This document shows, piece after piece, positions 26,353 through 36,634 of a stretch of 64,000 nt of DNA. The position numbers and the translations under genes were made by a program. The notes beneath the pieces are model-generated. The model made no database searches and was not told the origin of the DNA. It saw only the letters and a program-made list of their open reading frames with translations. Position 1 is the stretch's first letter, and each line of letters opens with the position of its first letter. The stretch is from Candidatus Eiseniibacteriota bacterium (GTDB lineage: Bacteria > Eisenbacteria > RBG-16-71-46 > CAIMUX01 > VGJL01), in the NCBI GenBank assembly GCA_963792585.1, contig CAWBWI010000001.1:1920001-1984000 (forward strand), in the 5' to 3' direction.

Positions 26353-28668
26353 CTAGATCCCGAGGAAGCGCCGCACGGAGCCGATCATTCCGCCCCCGTG
26401 CAGGCTGCACTCCTTGTCGGGCTCGGTTCCCTCGAGGAATTCCTCGTCCCGGTACTCGGGGCAGTCGCCGGTCGCTAGCTCCCCCGACGCCGTGCAGACC
26501 AGGGCATCCTCGATGCCCGGCGGGCGATCGAACGATCCGTCCCCGTTGCGGCAGATCGTCTGCGACATGATCGACGCCCAGATCGGCAAGGCGGCCGAGG
26601 CGCCGGAGAGTCCGACGGGATCGCGACGATCGAATCCCACCCATACTCCCGTCGCGCGGCGCGGCGTGTAGCCGCAAAACCAGGCGTCGCGGTAGTCGTC
26701 GGTCGTGCCCGTCTTCCCGGCGACCGTGCCGCGTACGCCGCGCGAGCGCGCGCCGGCGCCCGTGCCCGACTCGATGACGCCCTGGAGAAGACGGGTGATC
26801 AGATAGCTCTCCTGCGGGTCGACCCCCGTAGGATCGCTGAGCGGTGACAGCGATATCGGCTTCCCATTCTGTCCGAGGATCCCGCGCAAGAGCGTCGGTG
26901 CGCGTGCGCGCCCCCCCGCAGCGAGCCCCGCGTAGGCCGACGTGATCTCGAGCAGGCTCACCCCCGACGTGCCCAGCGCGAGCGAGGGGACCTCGTCGAG
27001 CTCGCTCGTGATCCCGAGATCCCGCGCGACCTCCGCCACCCGCTTGATTCCAACCTCGTTTCCCACGGATGCAGTGGGAATGTTGAGCGAGTGCTCGAGG
27101 GCGTACCGCAGGCTCACCTCGCCGCGGAACTGTCGGTCGTAGTCCATCGGACGCCAGATCTTGCGGCCCGCGCGGATCCCGATCGGCTTGTCTTCGAGGA
27201 TCGTCGCCGCGGTCCAGTAGGTCCCGTCCTTGCGCTTTGGGTGGGTGAAGGCCGCGAGGTAGACGAACGGCTTGAAGAGCGAGCCGGCCTGCCGCCGGGC
27301 GTCGACGGCGCGGTTGAACGGTCCCGTCAGGTAGTCGCGTCCGCCCACGAGCGCGCGCACCTCCCCATTGGCAGGGTCGATCGTGACAACCGCCGCCTGC
27401 AACGGGCTCTTCTTCTTGCGGATCGCCCGATGATCGCGCTCGAGATCCTTCAATCCATCGCGCAATGCTTTGACCGCCGCGTCTTGATCGCGAGGATCGA
27501 GGGTGGTAAAGATCGCCGTGCCTGCCTTCGTCGCCGTCCCCCTCGGCGCGCGACGCTCGATTTCCCCGCGTACCGCATCCAGGAAGAATGATGCCTCGGC
27601 GACGCGCTCGGGCGGGCGCCGCGACGGAAGCGGAGAGGCGATCGCCCTCTTGGCGTCACCCTCGCTGAGAATCCCCTTTTCCGCGAGCAGCCGCAGGACG
27701 AGATCGCGGCGGTTCTTTGCCTTCTGGGGAGCGCTGTAGGGCGAGTAGGCGTTCGGGGCCTGGATCAGGCCGACCAGGAGCGCGATCCCCGCCGGGTCGG
27801 CATCCTCGATCTCTTTGCCGAGGTAGTAGCGCGATGCCTCGCCCACGCCACGGATCTCCATCGGTCCCCAGTATCCCCAGTAGACGGCGTTCAGGTAGGC
27901 CTCGAGGATTTGATCCTTCGAGTAGCGAAGCTCGAGGCCCAGCGCGATCACTGCTTCCTGCGCCTTGCGCGCGACGGTCTTCTTGTTGTGAAGGTAGAGG
28001 GAGCGCGCGAGCTGTTGCGTGAGGGTCGATCCTCCCTGCGAGGACGCGCCGCGACGCAGATCCGTCCAGAGGGCCCGCATGGTGCCGACCGGGTCGATCC
28101 CGGGATGGTGATAGAACCGGTGATCTTCGATGGCGATCAGCGACTTCAGGAAAAGCGGCGGCGCATCGCTGAGGCGGAGGTAGTCGAGCACGGCCCCTGT
28201 CTCGCCTTCGAAACCCGCGATCCGTTCCGGGTCGAGGAAGATCTCGGCGTCGTCGATCTCATCGATCAACTCGGTGCGGTTGATCTCGTCTCCGCGCACG
28301 CGGACGCGGACGCGCCCGCCGTCGAACGTGCGATCCGGATACTGGAATGGCCGCAAGTTGATCTCGGCGCCGGAGGACAGGGAACGATACTCGCCCGACT
28401 CGGGTGCGCCATCCACCTCGCGATATCCGGCGCGCCGCAGGCGATCCGCGAGTTCGTCGGCATTGAGCCGGGCCCCCGGCCGGAGGTCGGTCGGGGCGGC
28501 AAAGTACACGACAGTCTGCCGCGATCCGGCCTTCGGGATCGGCATCGTGAGGCACGAGACGCCGACGAGCACGAGCGTCAGCAGGAACGCTCCCGCGACG
28601 CCGATCACAACCCACGGACTCCTGCGGCGGCGCGGCGGCTGGGAGGTAGAAGTCGGTGGCGCGCTCAT
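26353..28668 (-). CDS. mrcB: Penicillin-binding protein 1B-like (class A)
   Basis: TM anchor, UB2H-like region, EDHRFYHHPG, QGGSTLTQQL, SLFK, SLN, KTG. Confidence 0.85.
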   Translation of the reverse strand: MSAPPTSTSQPPRRRRSPWVVIGVAGAFLLTLVLVGVSCLTMPIPKAGSRQTVVYFAAPTDLRPGARLNADELADRLRRAGYREVDGAPESGEYRSLSSGAEINLRPFQYPDRTFDGGRVRVRVRGDEINRTELIDEIDDAEIFLDPERIAGFEGETGAVLDYLRLSDAPPLFLKSLIAIEDHRFYHHPGIDPVGTMRALWTDLRRGASSQGGSTLTQQLARSLYLHNKKTVARKAQEAVIALGLELRYSKDQILEAYLNAVYWGYWGPMEIRGVGEASRYYLGKEIEDADPAGIALLVGLIQAPNAYSPYSAPQKAKNRRDLVLRLLAEKGILSEGDAKRAIASPLPSRRPPERVAEASFFLDAVRGEIERRAPRGTATKAGTAIFTTLDPRDQDAAVKALRDGLKDLERDHRAIRKKKSPLQAAVVTIDPANGEVRALVGGRDYLTGPFNRAVDARRQAGSLFKPFVYLAAFTHPKRKDGTYWTAATILEDKPIGIRAGRKIWRPMDYDRQFRGEVSLRYALEHSLNIPTASVGNEVGIKRVAEVARDLGITSELDEVPSLALGTSGVSLLEITSAYAGLAAGGRARAPTLLRGILGQNGKPISLSPLSDPTGVDPQESYLITRLLQGVIESGTGAGARSRGVRGTVAGKTGTTDDYRDAWFCGYTPRRATGVWVGFDRRDPVGLSGASAALPIWASIMSQTICRNGDGSFDRPPGIEDALVCTASGELATGDCPEYRDEEFLEGTEPDKECSLHGGGMIGSVRRFLGI

Positions 28669-28673
28669 GGCGA

Positions 28674-29789
28674 TTACGTGCGGATCTGCCTCGCGGGGCG
28701 CGGATCGGATTCCAGATACGGCTCGAAACCCCGCTCGCGGAGGATCGAGGCGACTTCCGCGAGCGTCCGCTCGTCCTGCAGCTCGAACTGCGCGAGGGCC
28801 TGGTTCTCGGGCGCCGAATAGCCGCCCGGATCGGTCCGCGAGCCGACCGACATCTCGGTCACGCCCCATCCGAGGGCCGCGTCACGGAATGCGGCCGATT
28901 CCCGCGTTGACAGAACGATTCCGGTGGAGGGAAGGCTCATCCGGATGACCGCGATCATCCGCAGCAACTGCTCATCCGCCACACTCCAGTAGGGATGGCG
29001 GGACAGCTCGGAGCCGTCGGCGGGTTCGATGCGCGGCAGCGAGATCGAGCGCGGCAGCCTTCCACTGGCATCCTCCATCCTGCGAGCGTGCCGGATCAGT
29101 CCGATCGTCTCCTCGACCGGATCTCCGAGGCCGACAAGAACGCCCAGGCCGACGTTCGGGATGCCCCCCTCGAGCGCGCGGGACGGCGCCTCGAAACGCC
29201 AGTCGTAGTCACGCTTGGTTCCGTCGGGATGGACCCGGGCGAAGATGGCGCGATCGTACGTCTCCTGGAAGAGGACATAGGCGTCGACTCCCGCATGGGC
29301 GAGGGCACGGAAGTCCTCGACCGTCCCCGGAGCGATCTCCACAGCGAGATGCTCCACTGCGTGGACGCCCTCGCGCGCGGAGCGGGCCCGCGCGACCGCC
29401 GCCAGGGCCATCGCGCGACCGCTCACCGAGGGATCCTCCGACGCGACCAGCAGGATTCGCCGGTGCCCCATGCGGAGCAGCGCGCGGGTCTCCAGTTCGA
29501 TCTCATCGGGAGAGAGGATCCGCCGGCGCGCGTGCACGTTGTCCCTGCGGAACCCGCAGTAGAGGCAGTTGTTGACGCAAACGTTGGAGTAGTAGAGCGG
29601 CGCGAAGAGGCGGATGGTGTGGTTGTGCGTCGCCTCGGTCACCCGGGCGGATGCGCGCAGGAGGGCCACGCCGAACGCCGGGTCGGGATCGGAAAGCCAG
29701 GCGCGAGCCCGCTCCTCGGAGAGCCGCCCGCCGGCCAGGACCGATTCCGTCCATTCGGCCAGTTGTCGGATCTTGTCATCCAGGTTCAC
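28674..29789 (-). CDS. thiH: ThiH/HydG-family radical SAM (ThiH-like)
   Basis: APLYYSNVCVNNCLYCGF, FQETYD, GSRTDPGGY, QFELQDER; lacks the HydG C-terminal Cys cluster. Confidence 0.7.
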   Translation of the reverse strand: MNLDDKIRQLAEWTESVLAGGRLSEERARAWLSDPDPAFGVALLRASARVTEATHNHTIRLFAPLYYSNVCVNNCLYCGFRRDNVHARRRILSPDEIELETRALLRMGHRRILLVASEDPSVSGRAMALAAVARARSAREGVHAVEHLAVEIAPGTVEDFRALAHAGVDAYVLFQETYDRAIFARVHPDGTKRDYDWRFEAPSRALEGGIPNVGLGVLVGLGDPVEETIGLIRHARRMEDASGRLPRSISLPRIEPADGSELSRHPYWSVADEQLLRMIAVIRMSLPSTGIVLSTRESAAFRDAALGWGVTEMSVGSRTDPGGYSAPENQALAQFELQDERTLAEVASILRERGFEPYLESDPRPARQIRT

Positions 29790-29830
29790 GTCGGTATTCT
29801 AGACCTTGCCGCACCTGGCAGGGAGCAAGG

Positions 29831-31009
29831 ATGGAACCGATATACCTCGACCACAACGCGACCACGCCGGTTGACCCGGAGGTCCGGGAGGCGATGCTCC
29901 CCTTCCTGGGTCCGGAATTCGGCAACCCATCGAGCGGGCACGTCTATGGCCTTCGTGTGCGGGCTGCGGTCGCCCGGGCTCGGGACCAGGCGGCGGCCAT
30001 GATCGGCGCCGCCCCCGAGGAGATCATCTTCACGTCGGGCGGGACGGAAGCGAGCTACCTCGCGCTGCTTGGCGCCGCCGCGGCACTGCGCGATCGCCGG
30101 CCCGGCCGATCCCTGCGGATCGCCTCCTTCACGCTCGAGCACCCAGCCACCCTCGTGCCGCTGGAAGACCTGCGTCGTCAGGGGGACGAGATCCGTCTCG
30201 CGCGGGCCGATCATCACGGCGTCGTCGACCTCGACGAGATCCTGGGAGCCGTGCAGGGCCAGGAGCCGGCGGACTTGGCAAGCCTCATGGTCGCTCACAA
30301 CGAGACGGGCGCGATCCAGCCGGTCGAGGAGGTCGGACGCGCGGCGCGCGCGGCCGGAACGGTCTATCACGTCGATGCGGCGCAGGCGGCGGGAAAGATT
30401 CTCGTGAACGTGGATGCGATCGGTTGCGACCTGCTCTCGATCGTCGGGCACAAGCTGTATGCCCCGAAGGGGATCGGCCTGCTCTACATCCGGGCGGGCA
30501 CGCCGATTCGCTCGCTCGTGGGGGGGGCCGGGCAGGAGCGGGGCCTGCGGGGCGGAACCGAGAACGTCCCCGGCATCATCGGCTTGGGTACGGCCTGCGC
30601 AATCGCGTTGCGGAGACTCGCCGATGGCGAGCCCATGCGCCTGGCCCGGTTGCGCGATCGACTGTGGGAACGACTTCGCGCGGAAATCCCCGGGATCGCG
30701 CGAACTTCGGAGGGGGTTGCTACCCTCCCGAACACCCTGCACGTCCGCTTTCCGGGGGCGAGCGGGAATGCGGTTCTTTCGGCCACCCCGGAGGTCGCCG
30801 CATCCACGGGATCGGCATGCCATTCCGGCATCGACCGCCCTCCCGCCGCGATCATCGCGCTGGGAGTTCCGGAGGAGGAGGCCGTTGGATCCGTCCGGCT
30901 TAGCCTGGGCCACGGAACCGATCCCGAGACCGTCGAACGCGCCGCGGAATACCTGATCCGGGGGTGGCGGACGGCCAGCGGAGGGAATCGCGAAGCCCCC
31001 CGCCGATAA
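29831..31009 (+). CDS. Cysteine desulfurase (IscS/NifS class)
   Basis: YLDHNATTP, FTSGGTE, HVDAAQ, GHKLYAPKG, STGSACHS. Confidence 0.9.
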   Translation: MEPIYLDHNATTPVDPEVREAMLPFLGPEFGNPSSGHVYGLRVRAAVARARDQAAAMIGAAPEEIIFTSGGTEASYLALLGAAAALRDRRPGRSLRIASFTLEHPATLVPLEDLRRQGDEIRLARADHHGVVDLDEILGAVQGQEPADLASLMVAHNETGAIQPVEEVGRAARAAGTVYHVDAAQAAGKILVNVDAIGCDLLSIVGHKLYAPKGIGLLYIRAGTPIRSLVGGAGQERGLRGGTENVPGIIGLGTACAIALRRLADGEPMRLARLRDRLWERLRAEIPGIARTSEGVATLPNTLHVRFPGASGNAVLSATPEVAASTGSACHSGIDRPPAAIIALGVPEEEAVGSVRLSLGHGTDPETVERAAEYLIRGWRTASGGNREAPRR

Positions 31010-31040
31010 GGAACGGAAGGGTCCGCCGGACGCCGACCGG

Positions 31041-31628
31041 GAGGACGCCGAACTCATCCGCCGGACGCTCTCCGGCGACCGGAACGCATTCGAAGGGCTT
31101 GTGCGTCGCCACCACCGGGACCTCATGCGCACGCTCCGCGGGATCACGCGGAACATCGAGGAGGCCGAGGACTTGACCCAGGAGGCATTCCTGCGGGCCT
31201 ACCGCGCTCTCGATCGGTTCGATCTCGCCCGGCCGTTTCGCCCGTGGCTGTGGACGATCGGGATCAGGCTCGCGCTTCATGCAGTCGCCCGCAAGGAACG
31301 AGGCAACGTGAGCCTCGACGCGGAGGATCCCGACGGAATGGCGCGCACCGACGGTCCATGGATGGCCGACTCGCGGAGCGTCGAGGCGATCGAGGAGAAC
31401 CTGATGCGCAGCGAGATCGAGCGGGCTTTGGACGCGCTCGACCCGGACCATCGGGCGGTGATCCTCCTGCGCGCCGTCGAGGAGCGGAGCTACGAGGAGA
31501 TCAGCGAGATCCTCGGGATCCCGAAGGGAACGGTGATGTCGCGGCTCTTCCGCGCCCGAATGCGGTTGAAGGAACGACTCGCCGGACTGCGCGCCGACGC
31601 GCGCCCGGGCGAGAGGAGCGGGTCATGA
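31041..31628 (+). CDS. ECF sigma-70 factor (start uncertain)
   Basis: DAELIRRTLSGDRNAFEGLV, AEDLTQEAFLRAY, SYEEISEILGIPKGTVMSRLFRAR. Confidence 0.9.
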   Translation, partial: EDAELIRRTLSGDRNAFEGLVRRHHRDLMRTLRGITRNIEEAEDLTQEAFLRAYRALDRFDLARPFRPWLWTIGIRLALHAVARKERGNVSLDAEDPDGMARTDGPWMADSRSVEAIEENLMRSEIERALDALDPDHRAVILLRAVEERSYEEISEILGIPKGTVMSRLFRARMRLKERLAGLRADARPGERSGS

Positions 31629-33085
31629 ACGAGTCGTGCGGTCGCTTTCTCGAGTGGATGAGCGGCTTCGTCGACGGCGAACTGCCGGAGGCGGACGTCC
31701 GCGCCCTCGAGGCGCACCTCGCCGGATGCGCGGAGTGCAGGCTCGCGCTCGATCAACTGCGGGCCAACGACGTGGGCCTGCGCGCCGCGCTCGCGCATGA
31801 GTCGACGACCAGGGAAGAGACGGAAGCGCTCCAGCGCGCGCTCACGCGATTGGAGGGCGAGCCGGCCCCCGAGTGGGATCTCGCGAGACGGCGGTCGCGC
31901 CGGAACTGGAGTGTGACGCTTCGCTGGTCGGCGGGCATCGCCGCGGCCGCGGCGGCTGTCCTCCTCGTCATGCGACTCGGGCCGGCGCCGACGGCGCCGA
32001 TTCGTTCGCGTACGATTGCTCCCTCGCACGAGGTCGCGACTCCCGCCCCGGCGGCGGAATCTCCTGTGCGATCTGCGGAGACGACATCCCCGAAGACGGT
32101 CACGACGCAAACTGCGCCGACTTCGTCCCCGGAACTCCCCGCGGGGGTCGCGCTGCGGGACGAGGCGGCGACCGGCTCGGCGACGGACCGGATGAAGGGG
32201 GAGGCGCTTCCAACCCGCAAGGTGGAGAGGGTGGGCGCTGAGGCGGTCGAACCTGAGAGCCCCGCGCCGGCTCAGGCCGCGGGTCCCGCCGCGTCGGCCC
32301 GCGCGACGGAGTCGCCGGTCGCGATAGCGGACCAAGGAGTGACCGGGCCGAGCGATACGGGGGCGGACCAAGAAGCGGTCGGGCGGACTGCCGCGGGACA
32401 GGATCAACAAGGAGTCGCGCCGAGCGATGCGGCGAAGGCCGAGCGGGCGGAGCGTGAAGTGGCGCCACGGGCCGAGGAGAAGGACGAGCCGACATCCACC
32501 CCGGAAGAGAGCGAGCGCGGCGAACAGGCCTCGAACGCGCCGGCCCCCGAGCGACCCGGAACCAGCGCGGCACGAGAGTCGCGGGGTGCGCGGTCGGGTC
32601 GCGCCGCTCCGACCGAGGAGCGTTCCCTCAAGTCGGCTCCGCCCCCCGCCGGCAGCTCGAGTTTTGCTCCGTCGAAGTCGAACCTCTCGGGCGGCACCGC
32701 CCACACACAGGATGAGAAATCATCGGCGTATTACAACTATTCCGGCGCTCCCTCTCCCTGGTACATGACGATCGCCGAGACCGACACGATCGTGCCGGAC
32801 CTCGCGTGGAAGTCGCGACTCCAGGATGCGGAGGTCGAACTGGCGTCCCGAGCCGGGGCAGTCCTGCCCGCCGATGAGCGCGCGCGTCGCTATCGCGCGA
32901 TCGGGGACTTGTGGGAGTGGTTCGGCCGCCGCAACGTCGATCCCTTCGCATCCATGCACGCCATCAAATGTTACAGCCTCGCCGTGAAAAACGATCCCGA
33001 GGCGGCCGCCCTCGATTCGACCCGCGTGCAACGCGCCCGGGCCGCGGTGTTCGGGATGCAGAAGGTCAAACCCGCCTACCGCTAG
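31625..33085 (+). CDS. zf-HC2 anti-sigma factor with long low-complexity extracytoplasmic region
   Basis: HLAGCAECR, single TM, ATGA coupling to the sigma gene. Confidence 0.85.
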   Translation: MNESCGRFLEWMSGFVDGELPEADVRALEAHLAGCAECRLALDQLRANDVGLRAALAHESTTREETEALQRALTRLEGEPAPEWDLARRRSRRNWSVTLRWSAGIAAAAAAVLLVMRLGPAPTAPIRSRTIAPSHEVATPAPAAESPVRSAETTSPKTVTTQTAPTSSPELPAGVALRDEAATGSATDRMKGEALPTRKVERVGAEAVEPESPAPAQAAGPAASARATESPVAIADQGVTGPSDTGADQEAVGRTAAGQDQQGVAPSDAAKAERAEREVAPRAEEKDEPTSTPEESERGEQASNAPAPERPGTSAARESRGARSGRAAPTEERSLKSAPPPAGSSSFAPSKSNLSGGTAHTQDEKSSAYYNYSGAPSPWYMTIAETDTIVPDLAWKSRLQDAEVELASRAGAVLPADERARRYRAIGDLWEWFGRRNVDPFASMHAIKCYSLAVKNDPEAAALDSTRVQRARAAVFGMQKVKPAYR

Positions 33086-33179
33086 AACCGCGGCCACGCA
33101 GGGGGCCATCTCGCGTGTCCAGCGCTGTTGTCCGCATGCGACTCATGCACTAGAAATTGGCGCCGTTCGGTTTTGCTGC

Positions 33180-33497
33180 TTGAGTGACCGACGATCCATC
33201 GCCCCCTCGCAGGGGGGGCTCGAGATGGAGGTCCGCCTCCCGCCGACTCTTCCTCCGGATGCGCGGCTCGAGAATGCCGTCATCCTCACCGTCGATGGGC
33301 GAGTGGTGCGCGACCTGCTTCGCGGGGGACATTCTGCGGGGAACGGCGCGCTTCGCTGGGACGGGCGGGACGGCGCGGGCCGCGACGCTCCGAACGGGGT
33401 CTACCCCGTCCGCATCGGGGCAGCCGGTCGGACTCGGGCGGGCGCATTCACCTGGCTGAGGCGAGTCGCGCCGCCTGACGATTCCGCGGCACCGTGA
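33180..33497 (+). pseudogene. Isolated FlgD-Ig-like domain, probable remnant
   Basis: TVDGRVVRDL...WDGRDGAGRDAPNGVY with no signal peptide or passenger domain. Confidence 0.45.
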
Positions 33498-33601
33498 GCT
33501 CTGAGGTTCGCCGGGAAGGCCGGGAATATTCGAGAAGACGGTAGATAGGTTCCACCAGCCTTCGGTCCTGGGGGGACGGACCGATCGAGGAGGTTGGAAC
33601 C

Positions 33602-35836
33602 ATGAACACGTCCATCACCCGCACGTTCATCTTCGTCGCCTTGATCGCGATCGGTCTCCCCGAGTCCGCCCCCGGGCAAGAGCTTCGCCCGGTGCCGGGA
33701 TCCGTGCGCGGCCGCACGAGCGTCCGCGCCCGGCTCGACGGCTCGATCCTGCAAGTCTCCTGCGAGCAGCTCTTCATCAACGACGGGCGTCGTGCCGAAG
33801 AAGTTGAGATCCTGCTACCGATTCCCGCCGATGCGGTCGTGACCGACGGACTCCTGCTCGCCGACGGACAGGAGATTCGCGCGGAAGTCCTGCCCGCGGG
33901 CGAGGCGCGAGCGATCTACGAGCGGATCGTGCGCCAGCGCCGCGACCCAGCGCTTCTCGAGCTCGCCGGGCACGGCCTCGTGCGCCTCTCGGCGTTTCCG
34001 ATCCCGCCCGGCGGACGGCGGACCGTCTCCTTCCGCTATCACCAGTCGCTCCCCGGCGAGCGCGGCCGCACGCGGCTTGCGTTTCCCGTCGCGTCCCTCT
34101 GCGGGATCGACCGTAGCGGCCCGCTCGACTTCGACCTCACCATCGACGGGCGCGATCCGATCGAGCAGGTCTACTCCCCCAGCCACGAGTTCGAGATCAC
34201 GCGCGAAGGGCCGACGACGGCCGACCTGCGCTACGTCGACGACTCCCCCGATCCTCGCGAGACGCTCGAGGTGAGCGTCGTGCGCGGCGGCGAGTCGATC
34301 GGGATCGACCTGCGCACTGCGCGCGAACGGGGCGAGGACGGCTATTTCCTTCTCGCCGTCTCCCCCGGGTGGGATCTTCTCCGGGGTCGCGAGACCTCGA
34401 GCGAGGCGGTCACTTTCGTCCTCGACACATCGGGAAGCATGGAGGGTGAGAAGTTCGAGCAGGCGCGGAGCGCGCTCGAGAGCTTCATCCGGGAGATCCC
34501 CCGTCAAGATCGATTCAATCTGGTCGCCTTCAGCGACGGCGTCGACCTGCTCTTCGACGATGGGCCGCACCGCGTGACCGAGGAGACGCGTCGCCGCGCG
34601 CTCTCCTTCCTGCGCCGCCTGGAGCCGGGCGGCGGCACGGCGATCGACGATGCGCTCGATGCGGCAGGGCGGGCAACGCCGCAGGGCGGGATGATCCTGC
34701 TCCTGACCGATGGACAGCCGACGGTCGGAGAGACCGACCCGCGCACGATCGTCGAGAACGTGCGGCGTTTGCGCCGCGAGCAGCGATTCTATGCGTTCGG
34801 CGTCGGGTACGACGTCGACGCGAGACTCCTCGACGACCTGGCCGATCAAGGAAACGGCTCGGTCTCCTACGTGCGCCCCGGAGAGAACGTCGAGAACGCG
34901 GTCACGGCCCTCCGTCGCCGGGTCGGCCACCCGTGCGCGCGCAATGTCCGGATCGAGGTCGACGGGACGCGAGTGGATGAGATCTTCCCCGCGGGCGAGC
35001 AGGTCCTTTTCGCCGGAGAGCCACTGATCCTCGCGGGTCGCGTGAGCCCGCGCGCGCACCTCGCGACCGTGCGGATCACCGCCGAAGGTCCCGATGGGCG
35101 CCGCCTCGCCCGAAGCTGGCGGGTCGACTTCAGCGATCCGGAAGCGCGCAGTTCCGCCGTGCCGGTGCTGTGGGCGTCGCGGAAGGCGGCGTCGTTAATC
35201 GAACAGATCCGCCGCGAGGGATCCGACCGGCGCGCCATGGACGAGCTGCGCGAGCTATCGCAGCGCTACGGCATCCTGAACGAGGAGGTCGCCCTGCTCG
35301 CCCGCGAGGACGACCCTGCTCTGTTCGCAGAGCGCGACCGCGCGCCGCAAGTTGGCGGCTGGCAGAGGATCAAGCAGCTCAGCGGAGGGTTGGCCATGAG
35401 GAGCGGTCGGGGCGTCGCGCACTCGCCGCAGTCCGCGCCAACGCAGTCGAGCGTTCCAGCCCCGCGCGATGAGTTCGAAATGTCCGCGAAGACGTGGGAG
35501 CTGAAGGATGCGGGGATGGCGGCGCAGGCGAAGCTCGAGCCGGGTGACGTCGTAACCGCCGGCGAGAAGACGTTCCGCAAGGTTGGAGAGGTCTGGACCG
35601 ACACGCGGATCGCCGACCCGCTGCCCAAGGGAACGAAGACGATCCGGGTGCGCGCCTTCAGCGACGGATCATTCAAGCTCGCCGCGGCCGACGAGCGGAT
35701 CGCCGCATGGCTCGCCGTTGGCGAGCGGGTGCGGATCGCGCTGCCGGGGATCGTTCTCGAGGTGACGCCGGGCGGGGAGGAAACGCTCTCGCAGTCGACG
35801 CTGCGGGAGATCCTCGACGCGCTGGCCCAAGACTAA
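33602..35836 (+). CDS. Secreted VIT plus vWA domain protein
   Basis: EARAIYERIVRQRRDPALLE; MIDAS DTSGSM, GGTAI, LLTDG, FGVGYDV. Confidence 0.9.
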   Translation: MNTSITRTFIFVALIAIGLPESAPGQELRPVPGSVRGRTSVRARLDGSILQVSCEQLFINDGRRAEEVEILLPIPADAVVTDGLLLADGQEIRAEVLPAGEARAIYERIVRQRRDPALLELAGHGLVRLSAFPIPPGGRRTVSFRYHQSLPGERGRTRLAFPVASLCGIDRSGPLDFDLTIDGRDPIEQVYSPSHEFEITREGPTTADLRYVDDSPDPRETLEVSVVRGGESIGIDLRTARERGEDGYFLLAVSPGWDLLRGRETSSEAVTFVLDTSGSMEGEKFEQARSALESFIREIPRQDRFNLVAFSDGVDLLFDDGPHRVTEETRRRALSFLRRLEPGGGTAIDDALDAAGRATPQGGMILLLTDGQPTVGETDPRTIVENVRRLRREQRFYAFGVGYDVDARLLDDLADQGNGSVSYVRPGENVENAVTALRRRVGHPCARNVRIEVDGTRVDEIFPAGEQVLFAGEPLILAGRVSPRAHLATVRITAEGPDGRRLARSWRVDFSDPEARSSAVPVLWASRKAASLIEQIRREGSDRRAMDELRELSQRYGILNEEVALLAREDDPALFAERDRAPQVGGWQRIKQLSGGLAMRSGRGVAHSPQSAPTQSSVPAPRDEFEMSAKTWELKDAGMAAQAKLEPGDVVTAGEKTFRKVGEVWTDTRIADPLPKGTKTIRVRAFSDGSFKLAAADERIAAWLAVGERVRIALPGIVLEVTPGGEETLSQSTLREILDALAQD

Positions 35837-35857
35837 GCGACCGGCAAACGTTTGCCG

Positions 35858-36553
35858 CTAGACCGCGAAGGGCCCGGACCCGCAGGGGGACGGGCCCGTT
35901 CTTCCTTCTCGGATCTTCCCGTCGGTCGTGATGGTGACAACGTCCATCGGCGCCGTGGACTCGGCGGCCTGCATCGCGAACTCCGTCGCGCGCACGATCC
36001 CGCCGCAGCACGGCACCTCCATCTGGAGGACGGTGACCGAACGGGGACGCGCGGTCTCGAAGATCGTCTTGAGCTTCGCGGCATGGGCCTGGATGTCATC
36101 CAGCTTCGGGCAGGCGACGACGACCGCGCGGCCGGCGAGAAAGTCCCGGTGATAGTTCGCGTAGGCGAAGGGCACGCAATCGGCGGTGACGAGCAGATCG
36201 GCATCGCGCAGCCAGGGGGCCATGGGAGAGACAAGGCTCAGCTCGACCGGCCACTGGCGCAGCGCGCTGCCGGCGAACTCCGGGATCTCGGGCGCTTTCG
36301 CGGGAATCGGATCGTGACGCGCGGACTCCCCCGCGTGAGGATCGACGAAGGGATCGGCTTCGCGCTCGATGATCCGGATGGCTCCCTGCGGGCACTCCCC
36401 GAGGCAGTTGCCGATCCCGTCACAGAGGCTGTCGCGGACGAGTCGAGCTTTGCCGTCCACGATGGCGAGCGCGCCCTCGTGGCACGAGGGGATGCAGTTG
36501 CCGCAGCCGTCGCACTTCTCTTCGTCGATCTCGATCACCTTGCGAAGCGCCAT
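35858..36553 (-). CDS. 4Fe-4S ferredoxin-domain protein
   Basis: CDGCGNCIPSC and CDGIGNCLGECP; LRQWPVEL, ADC, CPKLD, MEVPCC. Confidence 0.9.
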   Translation of the reverse strand: MALRKVIEIDEEKCDGCGNCIPSCHEGALAIVDGKARLVRDSLCDGIGNCLGECPQGAIRIIEREADPFVDPHAGESARHDPIPAKAPEIPEFAGSALRQWPVELSLVSPMAPWLRDADLLVTADCVPFAYANYHRDFLAGRAVVVACPKLDDIQAHAAKLKTIFETARPRSVTVLQMEVPCCGGIVRATEFAMQAAESTAPMDVVTITTDGKIREGRTGPSPCGSGPFAV

Positions 36554-36634
36554 GGATCCTCCTTGCGGGTTGTCCTTCCCAAAGATGCGGCTTTCCCCGC
36601 CCGGGAACCGATGACTTAGGTCACAGACGCGCAA

